Assembly: GCA_964405015.1 (NCBI GenBank)
Contig: CAYOME010000001.1
Location: 77,611-141,610 of the forward strand
DNA length: 64,000 nucleotides
Source of the DNA: an uncultured Candidatus Saccharibacteria bacterium
Lineage (GTDB): Bacteria > Patescibacteriota > Dojkabacteria > SC72
Direction: 5' to 3'
The notes under the pieces are model-generated. The model made no database searches. It saw only the letters and a list, made by a program, of their open reading frames with translations, and was not told the DNA's origin. Position numbers and translations under genes: made by a program. Positions 62,252-64,000 of this stretch are shown piece by piece (position 1 is the first letter of the stretch; each line of letters begins with the position of its first letter).

Positions 62252-63302
62252 TAAAAAAGTAATGCTAGGAATGAGTGGAGGAGTAGATAGTTGTGTATCT
62301 GCATATCTACTTAAACAACAAGGATATGATGTAATAGGGGTACATATGCAAGTATGGACAGACACATCACATGATGATGGTTGTTGTTCTCTTTCATCAG
62401 TTGAAGATGCTAGAAGGGTAGCCAATTTAGTTGGTATCCCTTTCTATGTTTTTAATATGAAAGAGGATTTTCAGAAGTATGTAATTGAATATTTTGTAAA
62501 AGAATATGAATCAGGAAGAACACCAAATCCATGTATCGCTTGTAATAGGTATGTGAAGTTTGGAGCTTTGTTAGACAAGGCAAAGAGTATGGATATCGAA
62601 TATATATCTACTGGTCACTATGCACGTATAGAGGAGAAGGATGGGAGATATCTTCTTAAAAAGGCAGTAGATAGTAATAAAGATCAAACATATGTACTTT
62701 ACAACCTTACACAAGATCAACTCTCTAAAACGATATTTCCTTTAGGAGGATATATTAAAGAAGATGTGAGAAAGATAGCTAAAGAATTAGGTTTTTCTGT
62801 TGCTTCTAAACCAGATAGCCAAGAAATATGCTTTGTTACAGATAACGATCATAATAGATTCATCAAAGATCATACCGGGAAAGATCCTCTACCTGGAGAT
62901 TTTGTAGACATAGATGGGAATATATTAGGTAAACATGAAGGTATTACAAAATATACAATTGGTCAAAGAAGAGGGTTAGGTGTAGTTACTGGTAAACCTA
63001 TGTTTGTTCTTGATATAGATGCAACAAATAACCAGGTAATACTAGGAAGTAACGAGGATCTCTTTACAGATGAAATAGTTACAAACGATCTTAATTGGAT
63101 ATCGATAGGTGAATTAAAAGAACCAATGAATGTAAAAGCAAAGATTAGGTACAAAGCTACTGAGTCTGATGCATTACTAACACCAATTTCAGATACCGAA
63201 GTAATCGTAAAGTTCAAAGAAAAACAAAGAGCTTCTACCTCAGGCCAATCAGTCGTCTTCTACGATGGAGATACGGTAATAGGTGGTGGAATAATTGTAT
63301 AG
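62235..63302 (+). CDS. mnmA: tRNA 2-thiouridylase
   Basis: MSGGVDS, DGCC, TPNPCIACN, KDQTY, DSQEICF, YTIGQRRGLG; start placed at METKS. Confidence 0.97.
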   Translation: METKSNKKVMLGMSGGVDSCVSAYLLKQQGYDVIGVHMQVWTDTSHDDGCCSLSSVEDARRVANLVGIPFYVFNMKEDFQKYVIEYFVKEYESGRTPNPCIACNRYVKFGALLDKAKSMDIEYISTGHYARIEEKDGRYLLKKAVDSNKDQTYVLYNLTQDQLSKTIFPLGGYIKEDVRKIAKELGFSVASKPDSQEICFVTDNDHNRFIKDHTGKDPLPGDFVDIDGNILGKHEGITKYTIGQRRGLGVVTGKPMFVLDIDATNNQVILGSNEDLFTDEIVTNDLNWISIGELKEPMNVKAKIRYKATESDALLTPISDTEVIVKFKEKQRASTSGQSVVFYDGDTVIGGGIIV

Positions 63303-63383
63303 ATACAAGAGAAACTCTTCCTCCTTGCTTGTCCTCCTTTTGATGTGTTAACTTAGAGGTAGAATAATTTTAAGTATTAACAT

Positions 63384-64000
63384 ATGGAAGATATTTCCCT
63401 ATCAACTCCTGTAGTAGAACAGGAAAAAGGTAAGAAAAGTAAAACCTTACTCTTTATTTTCATTGCTACAACAATTCTATCCTTAATTGCATTAGTAACA
63501 TTAGGCTACCTGTATCTACAAGAGATGAAATCTCAAGGTAAAAATATTTTTACAATTAACAGTGTAGATCCATCTATAGCTAACAAGCTTTCAGGTGCAA
63601 TCGTGTATTCATCAGATAAAAGTGAAAACGCAGATTACTTCTCTCCATCATTGGAGTTGACATTTAAATACAATGAAAAGGTTTTAACAATGTCTGAAGG
63701 TTCTTCATATATCTCAGTTATGCCAAAAGAGTGGGAGATCTTTTCAACAGGATATCTTAAAACAACACCTACATCTGATATTAAAGGATTCTTCTTAGCA
63801 AACAACTTGTATACAGATTTAGAGGTAAAGAAAGAAGAAAATAAGGATGGTATTGGATATATACTTTTCTCCTATTCCCAGAAATCATTACTAGATGATT
63901 CTAAGACTACAAAGAGTCTTTCCGTTGTTTATAAACAGCTAGAGGAAGGTAAGAGTGCTTACTTTGAAATTAGAGAATATGACTACCAATCTAATACAGA
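63384..64000 (+). CDS. Membrane-anchored hypothetical protein, 3'-partial
   Basis: ATG at 63384, MEDISLSTPVVEQEKGKKSK then a TM helix; appears to run off the window. Confidence 0.65.
   Translation, partial: MEDISLSTPVVEQEKGKKSKTLLFIFIATTILSLIALVTLGYLYLQEMKSQGKNIFTINSVDPSIANKLSGAIVYSSDKSENADYFSPSLELTFKYNEKVLTMSEGSSYISVMPKEWEIFSTGYLKTTPTSDIKGFFLANNLYTDLEVKKEENKDGIGYILFSYSQKSLLDDSKTTKSLSVVYKQLEEGKSAYFEIREYDYQSNT

Noticed and set aside
360-63217. Many short ORFs antisense to or nested in long genes (e.g. 3607..4119, 16927..17448, 40509..41042)
   Set aside because: Shadow frames of well-supported genes with no recognisable motifs

Overview
Very AT-rich bacterial DNA. Gene content and promoter style suggest a CPR/Patescibacteria-type genome; this is an inference, not tested. 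Host genes include two giant surface proteins, glmS behind a glmS ribozyme, LemA/DUF2207, an MBOAT+SGNH O-acetylation pair, NagZ, a heliorhodopsin and nifS-nifU-mnmA. A ~22.4 kb island (16095-38544) sits at the 3' end of tRNA-His(GTG) and resolves into two tandem integrative elements (16095-25946 and 25947-38544) separated by ACCCCA cores. Each element starts with a large serine recombinase whose gene appears cut by integration: an in-frame 33-aa or 49-aa C-terminal tail lies at the far end of its own element and would be rejoined only in the excised circle. Element 1 carries a putative rolling-circle Rep, SpoVG-like, HTH and type III R-M genes. Element 2 carries a fused R-M enzyme, HEPN and PD-(D/E)xK candidates and a structured leader RNA. 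A free-standing structured RNA (~240 nt, own promoter and terminator, 57427-57667) matches no family I recognise.
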